Assembly: GCA_965215125.1 (NCBI GenBank) | Contig: OZ244052.1 | Coordinates: forward strand, 256,001 to 320,000 | Source of the DNA: an uncultured candidatus Porisulfidus sp. | Lineage (GTDB): Bacteria > Pseudomonadota > Gammaproteobacteria > Poriferisulfidales > Oxydemutatoraceae | Reading direction: 5' to 3' | Length of the DNA stretch: 64,000 nt | Part shown: piece by piece, positions 29,912 through 38,894 of the stretch | How positions within the stretch are numbered: position 1 is the first letter of the stretch | Layout: the number at the start of each line of letters is the position of its first letter | The notes under the pieces: model-generated | Databases searched by the model: none | Told to the model about the DNA's origin: nothing | The model's input: the letters and a program-made list of their open reading frames with translations, nothing else | Program-made: the position numbers and the translations under genes

Positions 29912-30838
29912 ATGGCGAAAAGATTAGCAAAAACATTAAGTCTATTTGACTTGATGAAGCAGTACCCTACTGAGTTAGATGCGATGAGGTACATAGAGCG
30001 TATGCAGTGGGGAGATACACTCTGTTGCACTCGTTGTGGAGCGACCGACAAAATTACTGAACGCGAAGACAAACTGGCAAACTATTGGTGCGGTTATTGT
30101 CGCAAATACTTTAATGCTAAGACCGGCACACCGTTGGAACATAATCGTATCCGTGACCAAAGAGTGTGGATATACGCTGCGTATTTGTTAATAACTGCCC
30201 GCAAAGGTATTAGCGCAATGCAACTTCACAAGGAACTTTCTATTAGCTATAAAGCAGCTTGGTATCTACTGCACAGACTACGGCTTGCTTGCGGTCATCA
30301 TCTGGCAGCCTTGCGTGGTGAGGTTGAAATAGACGAGACCTATATAGGCGGTAAAGAAAAGAACAAGCATGAAAGGAAGCGATTAAAGGTGGGTGGCGGG
30401 GCCGGCGGTAAATCTACCATACTCGGCCTGCTGCAGCGAGGCGGTCAGTTGATAGCAATGCCGATAAGCGACACCACCAAACAAACGCTACATCCGATTA
30501 TTAGGGATAACATTATGTCGGGTAGCACTTTATACACAGACGATAACCCGTCCTACACAGGAGCCTATAGAAGACATCAAGTCGTCAACCATTCGGCAAA
30601 GCAATATGTTAATGGTATGGCACACACTAATAGCATAGAAAGTGTATGGGCTTTGCTGAAGCGCGGATACAACCGAACCTATCATAACTGGAGCATGAAG
30701 CATTGCCGGCAATATGTAAATGAGTTTGCCTTCCGTCTCAATGACAGGAATTGTGAGAGAGATACGCAGGATCGGCTAGATAGCCTGTTTTCTATGATGA
30801 CAGGCAAGCGAATAACTTATACGAAATTAACCTCATAG
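29912..30838 (+). CDS. IS1595-family transposase
   Basis: Zn ribbon (CTRC...CGYC), VEIDETYIGG, YTDD, VNHS, HTNSIES.W..LKR, Y.NEF.FR.N. Confidence 0.95.
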   Translation: MAKRLAKTLSLFDLMKQYPTELDAMRYIERMQWGDTLCCTRCGATDKITEREDKLANYWCGYCRKYFNAKTGTPLEHNRIRDQRVWIYAAYLLITARKGISAMQLHKELSISYKAAWYLLHRLRLACGHHLAALRGEVEIDETYIGGKEKNKHERKRLKVGGGAGGKSTILGLLQRGGQLIAMPISDTTKQTLHPIIRDNIMSGSTLYTDDNPSYTGAYRRHQVVNHSAKQYVNGMAHTNSIESVWALLKRGYNRTYHNWSMKHCRQYVNEFAFRLNDRNCERDTQDRLDSLFSMMTGKRITYTKLTS

Positions 30839-30896
30839 TTTGTCCAAAACAACAATGTCATTCTCTAATAGACAATTGGTGATATAGTGATTACTT

Positions 30897-31061
30897 ATGC
30901 GACAAAAAGATCAAACCAAACTAGACAAGGCGGTGCGTGTATTGCTGAATATGGGTAAAGTGCCGCCGCATAAGCCACTGAAGTTCACCAAAGAAGGCCT
31001 TAGAAAAAAATTCAAAATCAAGGTGTCCAGAAGTGGAAAAGGAAAAATAGAGGAAATATAA
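30897..31061 (+). CDS. 54-aa basic passenger ORF inside IS1595
   Basis: MRQKDQTKLDKAVRVLLNMGKVPPHKPLKF...; ends just before the right TIR; below the ORF-track size cutoff. Confidence 0.5.
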   Translation: MRQKDQTKLDKAVRVLLNMGKVPPHKPLKFTKEGLRKKFKIKVSRSGKGKIEEI

Positions 31062-31239
31062 AGAAACTTTGTCAACTAATCGCTATAGTTCCCTCATTTT
31101 TATACTTAAATGATAATATAAATATCCATATTATCGTTTCAGACTCTAAATAATAATATGGAATTCTATATTGTCACTTTCTCACATTAGGGATAACGTC
31201 AGGGTGGTCGGCAAATATAGGTGGCGCAAGCGGTTGTGA

Positions 31240-31365
31240 ACCACCCCGTGGAAAGGCTTTACATTTTGTAATATGTACTAAGATTCTGCACAACGTTACG
31301 CCGATTGACCTACTGGTTCAATCGGCGATTCTATGCATAGACCACCCCGCCACAGGCAGGGAATG
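31240..31365. repeat. REP / hairpin-element composite
   Basis: ACCACCCCGTGGAAAGGCTTTACATTTTGTAAT...CGCCGATTGACCTACTGGTTCAATCGGCGATTCTAT; direct copy at 32660-32728. Confidence 0.85.
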
Positions 31366-31373
31366 GATATGCT

Positions 31374-32525
31374 TTAGATTAGTGTATTTTTCTCTAGGGT
31401 TTTTAAGAAATTTTTAAGTGTATATACCTCTAAGGAATCGGCTTTTAGATTTTTATCACCTAAATAAACTCCGATAGCTCTATCGATAAATTTCTGCGCT
31501 TTGACTTTCTTAAGATATTTGCCGAATTCCCTCTTCCAAACCTTAGAAGATTTAAGTTCTATTCCGATTCTTTGAGCGTTTATTTCTACAAGAAAGTCTA
31601 TTTCGGAATTATGGTATGTTTTACAAAAGCTGATTTTTGCGCCCCAGTCATGAATCTGATTCCATGCTTTCAGTTCGTGGAGCAGATAAGTTTCCAAAAG
31701 AAATCCTTTATCGTAATCGTGTATGGGGTCTCGCAACTGCCCTCTCAAAGCTCTGACGACACCCGTATCAAAAAAGAAAAATTTAGGATGAATTGCCGTT
31801 TTGACCCGTGCTTTTGTCCTCCACGCGGGGAGCCAAAAACCAATGAGCGTGTCTTCTAGTGCTTGAAAGTATCCCATAACGGTAGTTCTGGCAACACCCG
31901 AATCTCTTGCCAACGAGGCGATGTTGATTGTTTGAGCATTGCATAGGGAGGCGATGTCTAAAAAATTAGAGAAACTGTTCATGTTTTTTACTATGGCTTC
32001 TTGTTGTATTTCTTCTCGCAAGTAGATTAGCGAATAGGATTCTAAAAATTCTATTTTTTGTTTCACTGTTTTTAGGTTAAGACTTTCGGGTAGAGTCCCG
32101 AATCGTAGAATATCGTCCCATTTATCTATTTGATGCTCGGAATAAATCAGAGGATAAAAATATCTTTGACTGGCTCGTCCTCCCAATAAATTAGTCGAAG
32201 TTCTTTTGAGTTTTCTAGCACTAGAACCCGATAGGATGAATTGTTTGTTGTTGTCCCTTTGTGCCAGAAAATGATGAACATCGTCCAACAGAATAGGAAG
32301 TTTTTGGACTTCGTCGATTATAACGATTGAATCTTCGGGGATGGCGGATATCTCTTGGCGGAATAATTCCGGGTTTCTACGAAGTTTTAGATAAAGAGAA
32401 GGATTGAGGAGGTCATAAAAAATGGCTTTTTTATAGCGGTTCTTAAGCCAAGTGGATTTGCCCGTTCCTCTAGGTCCTAAAATAAAGAAAGATCTGTCTG
32501 AAGAGGTAAAGATTCTTTTGTACAT
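31374..32525 (-). CDS. AAA+ ATPase (AAA_14 / DUF4143 type), paralog 2
   Basis: GPRGTGKS, IDEVQK, LSGSSARKL, KFFFFDTG, EIDF...IELKS. Confidence 0.88.
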   Translation of the reverse strand: MYKRIFTSSDRSFFILGPRGTGKSTWLKNRYKKAIFYDLLNPSLYLKLRRNPELFRQEISAIPEDSIVIIDEVQKLPILLDDVHHFLAQRDNNKQFILSGSSARKLKRTSTNLLGGRASQRYFYPLIYSEHQIDKWDDILRFGTLPESLNLKTVKQKIEFLESYSLIYLREEIQQEAIVKNMNSFSNFLDIASLCNAQTINIASLARDSGVARTTVMGYFQALEDTLIGFWLPAWRTKARVKTAIHPKFFFFDTGVVRALRGQLRDPIHDYDKGFLLETYLLHELKAWNQIHDWGAKISFCKTYHNSEIDFLVEINAQRIGIELKSSKVWKREFGKYLKKVKAQKFIDRAIGVYLGDKNLKADSLEVYTLKNFLKTLEKNTLI

Positions 32526-32659
32526 AACGAAAGATTAGCACAAAAGTTAAAAAATGTATAGTTTGTTGTCAAAATTACCATAAAAATGACATCTGATATA
32601 GCATTTTTAAGTGAGGGATAACATCGGTACCAGCACTATACTAGCGCAGATACGCCACA

Positions 32660-33140
32660 ACCACCCCGTGGAAAGGCTTTACATTTTGTAATATGTACTA
32701 AGATTCTGCACAACGTTACGCCGATTGATTTTGATATATGTAATATCCCTAATGGACACGATATTTAGATTTTGTACGAAGTTACGCCACTTGACCTACT
32801 GGCTTAAGTGGCGGGTTTACTCGGCGATAATCGGCGGTTCTATTCTGCCCCTACTGGCTCAATCGATGGTAGTCGGTATAGTGAAAGAACCTGAAATTAC
32901 ACGATTACTGCGTTATGCAAGGCATTGTATTTGCACATCGCTACCGCTTTGAACCTATGAGAACAAGCCCTAGCTTGTTTGGCCTACATACCAATGCTAA
33001 GTCGGGCTGTTGAAAAAGTATCCACAAACTGTAGGACGGTACATTGGATGGGTAGCGAGTGCTTTCACGCCTATCTTTAGTTGAAAAAGTATCCACAAAC
33101 TTTAGGACGGTACATTCCCCTCCTTTGGAGGGGAATTAAC
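32660..33140. repeat. Mosaic of REP, hairpin-element and MITE-end fragments
   Basis: Hairpin variant at 32785; GTAG REP at ~32960-32990; (GGGCTG)TTGAAAAAGTATCCACAAACT at 33004 and 33081. Confidence 0.75.
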
Positions 33141-33195
33141 TGGTGCAGATACGATAGAGCTGTTGAATATAAGCCGTACTATGCGGCTAAAGTGC

Positions 33196-33954
33196 TTAGC
33201 CGAAGGTTTTTGCCATCCATCTGACTTCTCCGATAATCTCCGCAGAGCTCGGAAACGACTCGGGCTTTGATTTCGGATGGTCGGCAATTAACTGCCATTT
33301 ATCTTGGTTTTTGCTAAGCCGCCTGACAACGAGATTATCACCGATGCGTATTGCGTAGATACGCTCCTGCCGTCGGCGGTATCGTGAAAGGTCTACCAAA
33401 ACTATTGAGTGGCTTGCTATGGTGGGTTCCATCGATTGATCTAGGATTTGCACGATAAGGCAGTATTCCGGATTCAAACCTTGTCCGTTAAACCAACTTT
33501 CCTGAAAAGATATATGACCCACAGCGCGTTTTTTCTTATCGACCGGAGTGTCATCCATAGCGGCATTAGTCTCAAAAATAGGAATCCGATACATACTACC
33601 TAATTTTGAACCTTTATACGATTTGCCGGTTTTTGATGTTTGCTTTAGGATTTTACGAGGAGGTAATCGAGATATTATCTCTTCAAGCATATCGAACATA
33701 GTTTGCTTTTCGCTAACGGCACGAACCGAAGGTGATTTTTGATGATATTTGGGACCTACATAAAACTCTAGGTTTAGGACATCGCATAAAGCGCAAAATC
33801 TCTCCACCGAGGGTACGCGCCCACGACGCATATTGCGAATAAGTTCGGGAGTGCCGGTCGCAAGAAGGGAGGCTTGGCGGGCAGAGATACCCTGCTCATC
33901 GAGGGCACGGTCAATAATTCTTAAGAGGTCTTTGCTTGAAACACGTTTATTCAT
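33196..33954 (-). CDS. Phage cI-like repressor (HTH + degenerate S24 peptidase domain), copy 1
   Basis: N-terminal HTH (SARQAS...LIRNMRRGRVPSVER); DQSMEPTI; LVVRRL; IIGEVRW. Confidence 0.9.
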   Translation of the reverse strand: MNKRVSSKDLLRIIDRALDEQGISARQASLLATGTPELIRNMRRGRVPSVERFCALCDVLNLEFYVGPKYHQKSPSVRAVSEKQTMFDMLEEIISRLPPRKILKQTSKTGKSYKGSKLGSMYRIPIFETNAAMDDTPVDKKKRAVGHISFQESWFNGQGLNPEYCLIVQILDQSMEPTIASHSIVLVDLSRYRRRQERIYAIRIGDNLVVRRLSKNQDKWQLIADHPKSKPESFPSSAEIIGEVRWMAKTFG

Positions 33955-33991
33955 AATAAGGGAATTATCCCTTATTGCATGAAATATGCAA
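33955..33991 (-). promoter_or_regulatory. Operator palindrome and putative near-leaderless promoter of cI copy 1
   Basis: AATAAGGGA-ATTA-TCCCTTATT at 33955-33976; minus strand TTGCAT-16-GATAAT-9-ATG. Confidence 0.7.
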
Positions 33992-34084
33992 GTAGAAAAT
34001 TGTTTTGTGCCTGCGGATAGTTATCGTGAATTAGATGGTGAACGCGCTCATCGTGCGAGTACGGTACTTTGGGGAGGGCATTTT

Positions 34085-34237
34085 GAATCGCCGATTAATC
34101 CACTGAGTTAATCGGCGCGACATTGTACAGAATCTTAGCACGATTGCTAAATGCATGTATTACAAAAACCACCCCATCAAGCGGAGCCCGCCACCCTAAG
34201 GGCAGATATACGAGTCTGCCCCTAAAAGGAGGGGAAT
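34085..34237. repeat. Hairpin-element variant plus REPs
   Basis: CGCCGATTAA-N9-TTAATCGGCG; degenerate ACCACCCC REP containing GGGCAGATATACGAGTCTGCCCCTA. Confidence 0.75.
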
Positions 34238-34256
34238 GGTCGGCACCTATGGGTGG

Positions 34257-35012
34257 TTAGCTGAAGGTTTTGGCCGTCCATTTTACTTCTCCGATAATCT
34301 CTGCAGAATCCGGAAAGGATTCGGATTTCAATTTCGGATAGTCGCTGACGAGCTGCCATCCATTTTTGTTCTTATCAAGACGCCTAACGACAATATCATC
34401 GTTGATTCGTATTGCGTAGATATTCCCTATTCGGCGACGGCATCTCGAACGATCAATCAGGACTATAGAACGCTTTGATATTGTCGGTTCCATAGATTTT
34501 TCTTGGACTGCCATAATAACGCAATGTTCAAAATCCAGCTTATGCCTAGCAAACCAATCGCAATGAAAAGCGATATGACATGGCTTTTGATAATCTTCGT
34601 TAGCTGTTGTTTTGTTTGTGGTAGCTTTCATTTCAAGAATGGGAATATAGCGAATTAGATCCGACTCCGAAACATACGATGCCTTAGGTTCTGCCATTTT
34701 CCGGTAAGAACTATTAGGCGGCAATCGGGACATTATTTCTCGGAACATGCTGTATATCATTCCTTTATCTTCAGCTGAGTTAGTTAAATCTGACCGTTTG
34801 GGACGTGACGGGCCTATATAAAATTCTAATTTGAGCACCTCGCATAAAGCACGAATTCTTTCTACCGAAGGTATGCTACCACGGCGTATACCGCGAATAA
34901 GTTCGGGACCTCCGGTTGCCAGAATGGAGGCTTGACGGGCAGACATGCCTTGCTTATTTAGAGCCTGATCAATAATTTTTAAGAGAGCTTTAGCTGAAAG
35001 GTCTTTATTCAT
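34257..35012 (-). CDS. Phage cI-like repressor (HTH + degenerate S24 peptidase domain), copy 2
   Basis: Paralog of 33196-33954; EKSMEPTI; IVVRRL; IIGEVKW. Confidence 0.9.
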   Translation of the reverse strand: MNKDLSAKALLKIIDQALNKQGMSARQASILATGGPELIRGIRRGSIPSVERIRALCEVLKLEFYIGPSRPKRSDLTNSAEDKGMIYSMFREIMSRLPPNSSYRKMAEPKASYVSESDLIRYIPILEMKATTNKTTANEDYQKPCHIAFHCDWFARHKLDFEHCVIMAVQEKSMEPTISKRSIVLIDRSRCRRRIGNIYAIRINDDIVVRRLDKNKNGWQLVSDYPKLKSESFPDSAEIIGEVKWTAKTFS

Positions 35013-35013
35013 A

Positions 35014-35358
35014 CGAGGGAATTATCCCTTATTACAGAAAATATGGCAAATAAAAATTACCCCAAAAGTGGAGAATTATAGTCATATCAGAGAGGGAATT
35101 ATTCCTCATTACAGAAAATATAGCAAATAAAAATTACCCCGAAAGTTGAGAATTATAATCATATCGGAACCTGAAAGTGGTATTTGTTCATCGTTGCATG
35201 TATATAAAATTTGTGGGAATACCTAAAAAACCACCAATATACAATAACTTTTATATTCTTCTGTCATTCATCTTTTATGCTAAAATGACTTGTGATCTTG
35301 CTTATTGACATAAGGTTAATTTACCCTAAAATAATCTATATGAGGGAAATTGACCTTA
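35014..35358. promoter_or_regulatory. Divergent cI/cro control region with four operator-like palindromes
   Basis: Sites at 35014, 35091, 35311 and 35341 resemble TAAGGGAATTATCCCTTA; minus TTGCCA-17-GATAAT-8-ATG; plus TTGACA(35305)-16-TAAAAT-7-ATG(35340); ~77-bp direct duplication at 35015/35092. Confidence 0.75.
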
Positions 35359-35603
35359 TAAAGATTAGTAGAAAATACACACATGCCAAAAAGATTAGTC
35401 TCTCGAGGCTAGGCTTCTTGGCAGTGAAAGACGGCAAATTCTTTTCCAGACTGGAAAAAGGAAGTAGCTGCACACTTCGCACGGCGAGGCGTGTTATCCA
35501 ATATCTCTCGGATAGGTGGCCACCGGGACTGAAATGGCCATCGGACATTCGGCGACCTCCGATATCTTCTAGTCCGAAAAGAAAATCCGTACAAAACACT
35601 TGA
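35340..35603 (+). CDS. Cro-like small DNA-binding protein
   Basis: Divergent from cI; SLSRLGFLAVKDGKFFSRLEKG..CTLRTARR...WP...WP.DI.RP resembles the small phage regulators found opposite S24 repressors. Confidence 0.7.
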   Translation: MREIDLIKISRKYTHAKKISLSRLGFLAVKDGKFFSRLEKGSSCTLRTARRVIQYLSDRWPPGLKWPSDIRRPPISSSPKRKSVQNT

Positions 35604-35785
35604 CAAGGACTAAAAGAATAGGGTATAAATACTACTTAAGACGATTACAAGGATGTTCTGTATTAATTGATTTTTTGCTAAAATATGTAAGATTACTTTT
35701 CATTGGTTGCCTCCTATGAGGCCCTTGAGGCGGTCTCTTCCCCCCTCCGACCGCCTCCCTCTTTTGAGGAAACAACTCCGATTAA

Positions 35786-36766
35786 TCACCCCTCATAAAA
35801 CTTTTTTCTAATCTCCTGCAATGTTAAACGCTTTTTTTTCATTGCGTAAATCCGTTCTACACGTTTAATCATATCGGAGTCGTATAGCTGATATCCTGCT
35901 TCGGTAACTTCGGCAACTTCAAGCAATCCTTTTTTTGTCCAATATCTAATAGTGGAATTATTTTCGGATACTTTCCCGGCTAGTTCTCCTATTTTTAACA
36001 ACTTGGTATCGTAATCAATTATCGCACTTTCACCTTGAGCCGCTTTGAGATAAATATCTAAAGAACGATTTATCGCCTTAGCGATAAGCTTCAAATAATC
36101 GTCTTTAGAACCACCCGCCTGCGCTTTCTCTAACGCCGTTATGTAGGCTAAACGTTCTCGTTTTGCGATAATCGCCGGCGGGTAACCGGACATCAATAAA
36201 ATCATATTCATCATTAGTCTGGCAGTTCTACCGTTGCCGTCTACGAAAGGGTGTATACTCACCAAACGATAATGCGCCTCCGCTGCCAAATCTATCGGAT
36301 GGATGTTGTCCGCTGTCTTAATCCATTTTATAAATTCAGTCATCATATCCGGTACTTTGATTGGATTAGGCAACACAACCGTAGAACCGGATATACGTAC
36401 TGCTACCGTACGGTAACAACCGGCGTTAGCATCATCTATACCTCGCAGGATCGTATTGTGTATTTGTAAAATATCTCTTTGTTTGAAGCTACCGGGTTTG
36501 CGGTTGACTTGCTCATGCACCCAATCCAATGCGCAGGCATGGTTTGTAGCTTCCAAATGTTCAGCCAGCAATCTACCTCCGACCGTCAAACCCTTATCAA
36601 CTACCAGAGCAGTCTCACGGCGCGTCAAAGTATTACCCTCAATCGCATTGCTGGTATAAGTCAGTTCTACTCGAAACCAGTCCTCTAAATTTCGAACCAG
36701 CACGCTCGGTAACGGACGGAACCGATCGAGCTGCTGCTTTTTTTCTGTGAGTAGTTCATAGTTCAT
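35786..36766 (-). CDS. Fic-family protein with C-terminal MerR-type HTH
   Basis: TYTSNAIEGNTL, HPFVDGNGRTAR, C-terminal LKIGELA...STIRYW...GYQLY...LTLQEI. Confidence 0.9.
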   Translation of the reverse strand: MNYELLTEKKQQLDRFRPLPSVLVRNLEDWFRVELTYTSNAIEGNTLTRRETALVVDKGLTVGGRLLAEHLEATNHACALDWVHEQVNRKPGSFKQRDILQIHNTILRGIDDANAGCYRTVAVRISGSTVVLPNPIKVPDMMTEFIKWIKTADNIHPIDLAAEAHYRLVSIHPFVDGNGRTARLMMNMILLMSGYPPAIIAKRERLAYITALEKAQAGGSKDDYLKLIAKAINRSLDIYLKAAQGESAIIDYDTKLLKIGELAGKVSENNSTIRYWTKKGLLEVAEVTEAGYQLYDSDMIKRVERIYAMKKKRLTLQEIRKKFYEG

Positions 36767-36819
36767 AGAATAAACCATAAACCATAAAGTTATGGTTGTC
36801 AATATCTTAAATTTATAAC

Positions 36820-37623
36820 TTATTGTAAATAGCTTTTTTTAGCATATGAAGACAAAGAAAGTATTACTATAAAAAGCACTGCAGCCATTGCAACAATAGA
36901 CGGACTCGAAGGCGTATCAAATTGAATAGAAGCGTAAATTCCGCCAACAACGGCAATCATGCCGAGTACAGAGGCAGTTAATGCCATCGCTTCGGGTGAT
37001 CTTACCAGCTGTTTGGCAGTTGCAGCCGGGATAATCAACATAGAAGTAATTAAGAGAATTCCTACAACACGAATAGAAACGGCAACGACAATAGTCATTA
37101 GAAACATAAGCAAAAGGTGCATTAAAAATACCCGAACATTGTCTGCGATAGCTAAATCTTCATCAATAGTCATCAACACTAAAGACTCCCAATTCAACAA
37201 CAGTAGCGTTAAAACAATCGCACCACCAACATAAATCCACCACAGTTCTTCTAGGGTTACGGTTAGAATGTCGCCGAACAAATAAGCATGCAAATCAACG
37301 CGCTGCTCCAACGTGCCGATAACGATAATGCCTACGGATAGTGCCGAATGTGCTAGGATGCCGAGTAATGTATCGGTAGCTAATACTTTCTTTTGTTGCA
37401 ACCAAAGCAACAACAAAGCAAAAGCAAAACAAACAATAATCGTAGCGATGTTAGTGCCTAAACCGGTAGCCAATCCCAGTGCAATTCCCAGCAAAGCACT
37501 GTGTGCTAAAGAATCACCGAAATACGCCATACGCCGCCAAACCACGAAACAACCGATCGTGCCGGCGATAATCGCAACACCGATACCCGCAGCTAATGCG
37601 CGGAGGATAAAAGGTTCAGACAC
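36820..37623 (-). CDS. znuB: Zinc ABC transporter permease
   Basis: GCFVVWRRMAYFGDSLAHSALLG, YLFGDIL, IIPAATA. Confidence 0.93.
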   Translation of the reverse strand: MSEPFILRALAAGIGVAIIAGTIGCFVVWRRMAYFGDSLAHSALLGIALGLATGLGTNIATIIVCFAFALLLLWLQQKKVLATDTLLGILAHSALSVGIIVIGTLEQRVDLHAYLFGDILTVTLEELWWIYVGGAIVLTLLLLNWESLVLMTIDEDLAIADNVRVFLMHLLLMFLMTIVVAVSIRVVGILLITSMLIIPAATAKQLVRSPEAMALTASVLGMIAVVGGIYASIQFDTPSSPSIVAMAAVLFIVILSLSSYAKKSYLQ

Positions 37624-38344
37624 GATCGTCGTTTTCGTGTATATGATTATGGCTATGCTGATAAACCGCGACCATCTTCGCCATATCGCGTCCGAACAAA
37701 GAAATAAACTCCGGGTCTTTGGTTACCGCTTGCGGTTCTCCGGAACAGCAGATATGATGAAAAAGACAAACGACCTGTTTTGTCGACGCCATCACCAAAT
37801 GCAAATCGTGCGACACCATCAAAATACTCAGAGGACGACTCGCATAAATCTTCTCCAATAACTTATAGAAAGCGAGTTGTCCGGAAATATCCAAGTTTTG
37901 CGCCGGTTCGTCCAATACCAATAACTCCGGATCATTTAATAAGCTCCGAGCTAGCAGTACACGTTGCAATTCTCCACCGGAAAGCACCGACACCGGTCTT
38001 GTTACGAGCTGTGCTATGTTGGTTTCGTGCAATATCCTTTGAAGTTGCGAAACATCGATGCGTTTTCGTAGACGCAAGAAGCGACCTACGGTGATAGGCA
38101 TGCTACGTTGAAAACTAAGATGCTGCGGCATATACCCGATTTTTAACCCCTTAGATCGTTCTATGGTTCCGGCATCGGCTCGTTGAAAGCCCAATAAACA
38201 TTTGAGCAACATCGACTTGCCGGCACCGTTCGGGCCTATCACGGTAATAAAATCTCGCTCGCCTATGCTAATAGATACATCTTTGAGGATATATTTTTTT
38301 CGCTTAAGAACGTTAATGCGCTTAGCTTCTATCAATACATTCAC
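37616..38344 (-). CDS. znuC: Zinc ABC transporter ATPase
   Basis: GPNGAGKS, LSGGELQR, LDEP, SHDLHLVM, HICCSG, His-rich tail. Confidence 0.93.
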   Translation of the reverse strand: MNVLIEAKRINVLKRKKYILKDVSISIGERDFITVIGPNGAGKSMLLKCLLGFQRADAGTIERSKGLKIGYMPQHLSFQRSMPITVGRFLRLRKRIDVSQLQRILHETNIAQLVTRPVSVLSGGELQRVLLARSLLNDPELLVLDEPAQNLDISGQLAFYKLLEKIYASRPLSILMVSHDLHLVMASTKQVVCLFHHICCSGEPQAVTKDPEFISLFGRDMAKMVAVYQHSHNHIHENDDRV

Positions 38345-38345
38345 A

Positions 38346-38807
38346 TTATTTTTTCATACAGTCGCTACACTTGCCGTTAATCTCCAACGTAGTGTGGCGC
38401 GGGCTAAATTTATTTTTGCCGGTAGTCTCGACAATAGCATCGTATATCACTTGGTCACAATACTCTTTGACTTCTTGACATTCACTGCATATCAAAAAAT
38501 AACATCCCTGATGTTTGCCCGGATGAGAACATCCTACATAGGCATTCAGGCTTTCCAGCTTATGAACAAAACCTTGTTCTATAAGAAAATCCAGAGTGCG
38601 ATAAACCGTCGGAGGTTTGGCCGAATAATCCATATCTTTGAGCTTATCTAAAATGTCATAGGCTTTGGTAGGTTTATGACTTGCCCATATCATTTCCAGT
38701 ACTTTACGCCTTAAGTCTGTAAAACGAAGCTCCTCTTCTTTACATATCCGTTCCGCCTCACTCATTGCATTGCGAATACAATTTTTATGCGAAACACATT
38801 TATCCAT
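38346..38807 (-). CDS. zur: Zinc uptake regulator (Fur family)
   Basis: KAYDIL, PPTVYRTLDFL, two CxxC motifs. Confidence 0.9.
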   Translation of the reverse strand: MDKCVSHKNCIRNAMSEAERICKEEELRFTDLRRKVLEMIWASHKPTKAYDILDKLKDMDYSAKPPTVYRTLDFLIEQGFVHKLESLNAYVGCSHPGKHQGCYFLICSECQEVKEYCDQVIYDAIVETTGKNKFSPRHTTLEINGKCSDCMKK

Positions 38808-38835
38808 TATTCATTATTTAATTGATTTGCCCAAG

Positions 38836-38858
38836 TAAATGTTATAATATAACATACC
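38836..38858. promoter_or_regulatory. Zur box
   Basis: TAAATGTTATAATATAACATACC matches the proteobacterial Zur consensus GAAATGTTATA-N-TATAACATTTC; lies between divergent zur and znuA. Confidence 0.88.
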
Positions 38859-38894
38859 AATTAGATGAGCGAACAAATATTCGGAGTGTTAGTC

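Larger units (their letters stand above)
29800..31093 (+). mobile_element. Complete IS1595-family element
   Basis: 26-bp TIRs GGGAC/ATTATAGCGATTAGTTGACAAA (left GGGACTTATAGC..., right revcomp GGGAACTATAGC...); 8-bp TSD TCATTTTT at 29792-29799 and 31094-31101. Confidence 0.95.

Noticed and set aside
33018-33098. GTATCCACA motifs resembling DnaA boxes
   Set aside because: They are part of the MITE terminal sequence (also at 44632-44640), and there is no oriC context.
33196-35603. Complete prophage
   Set aside because: No structural, lysis, replication or integrase genes, and no att sites were found.
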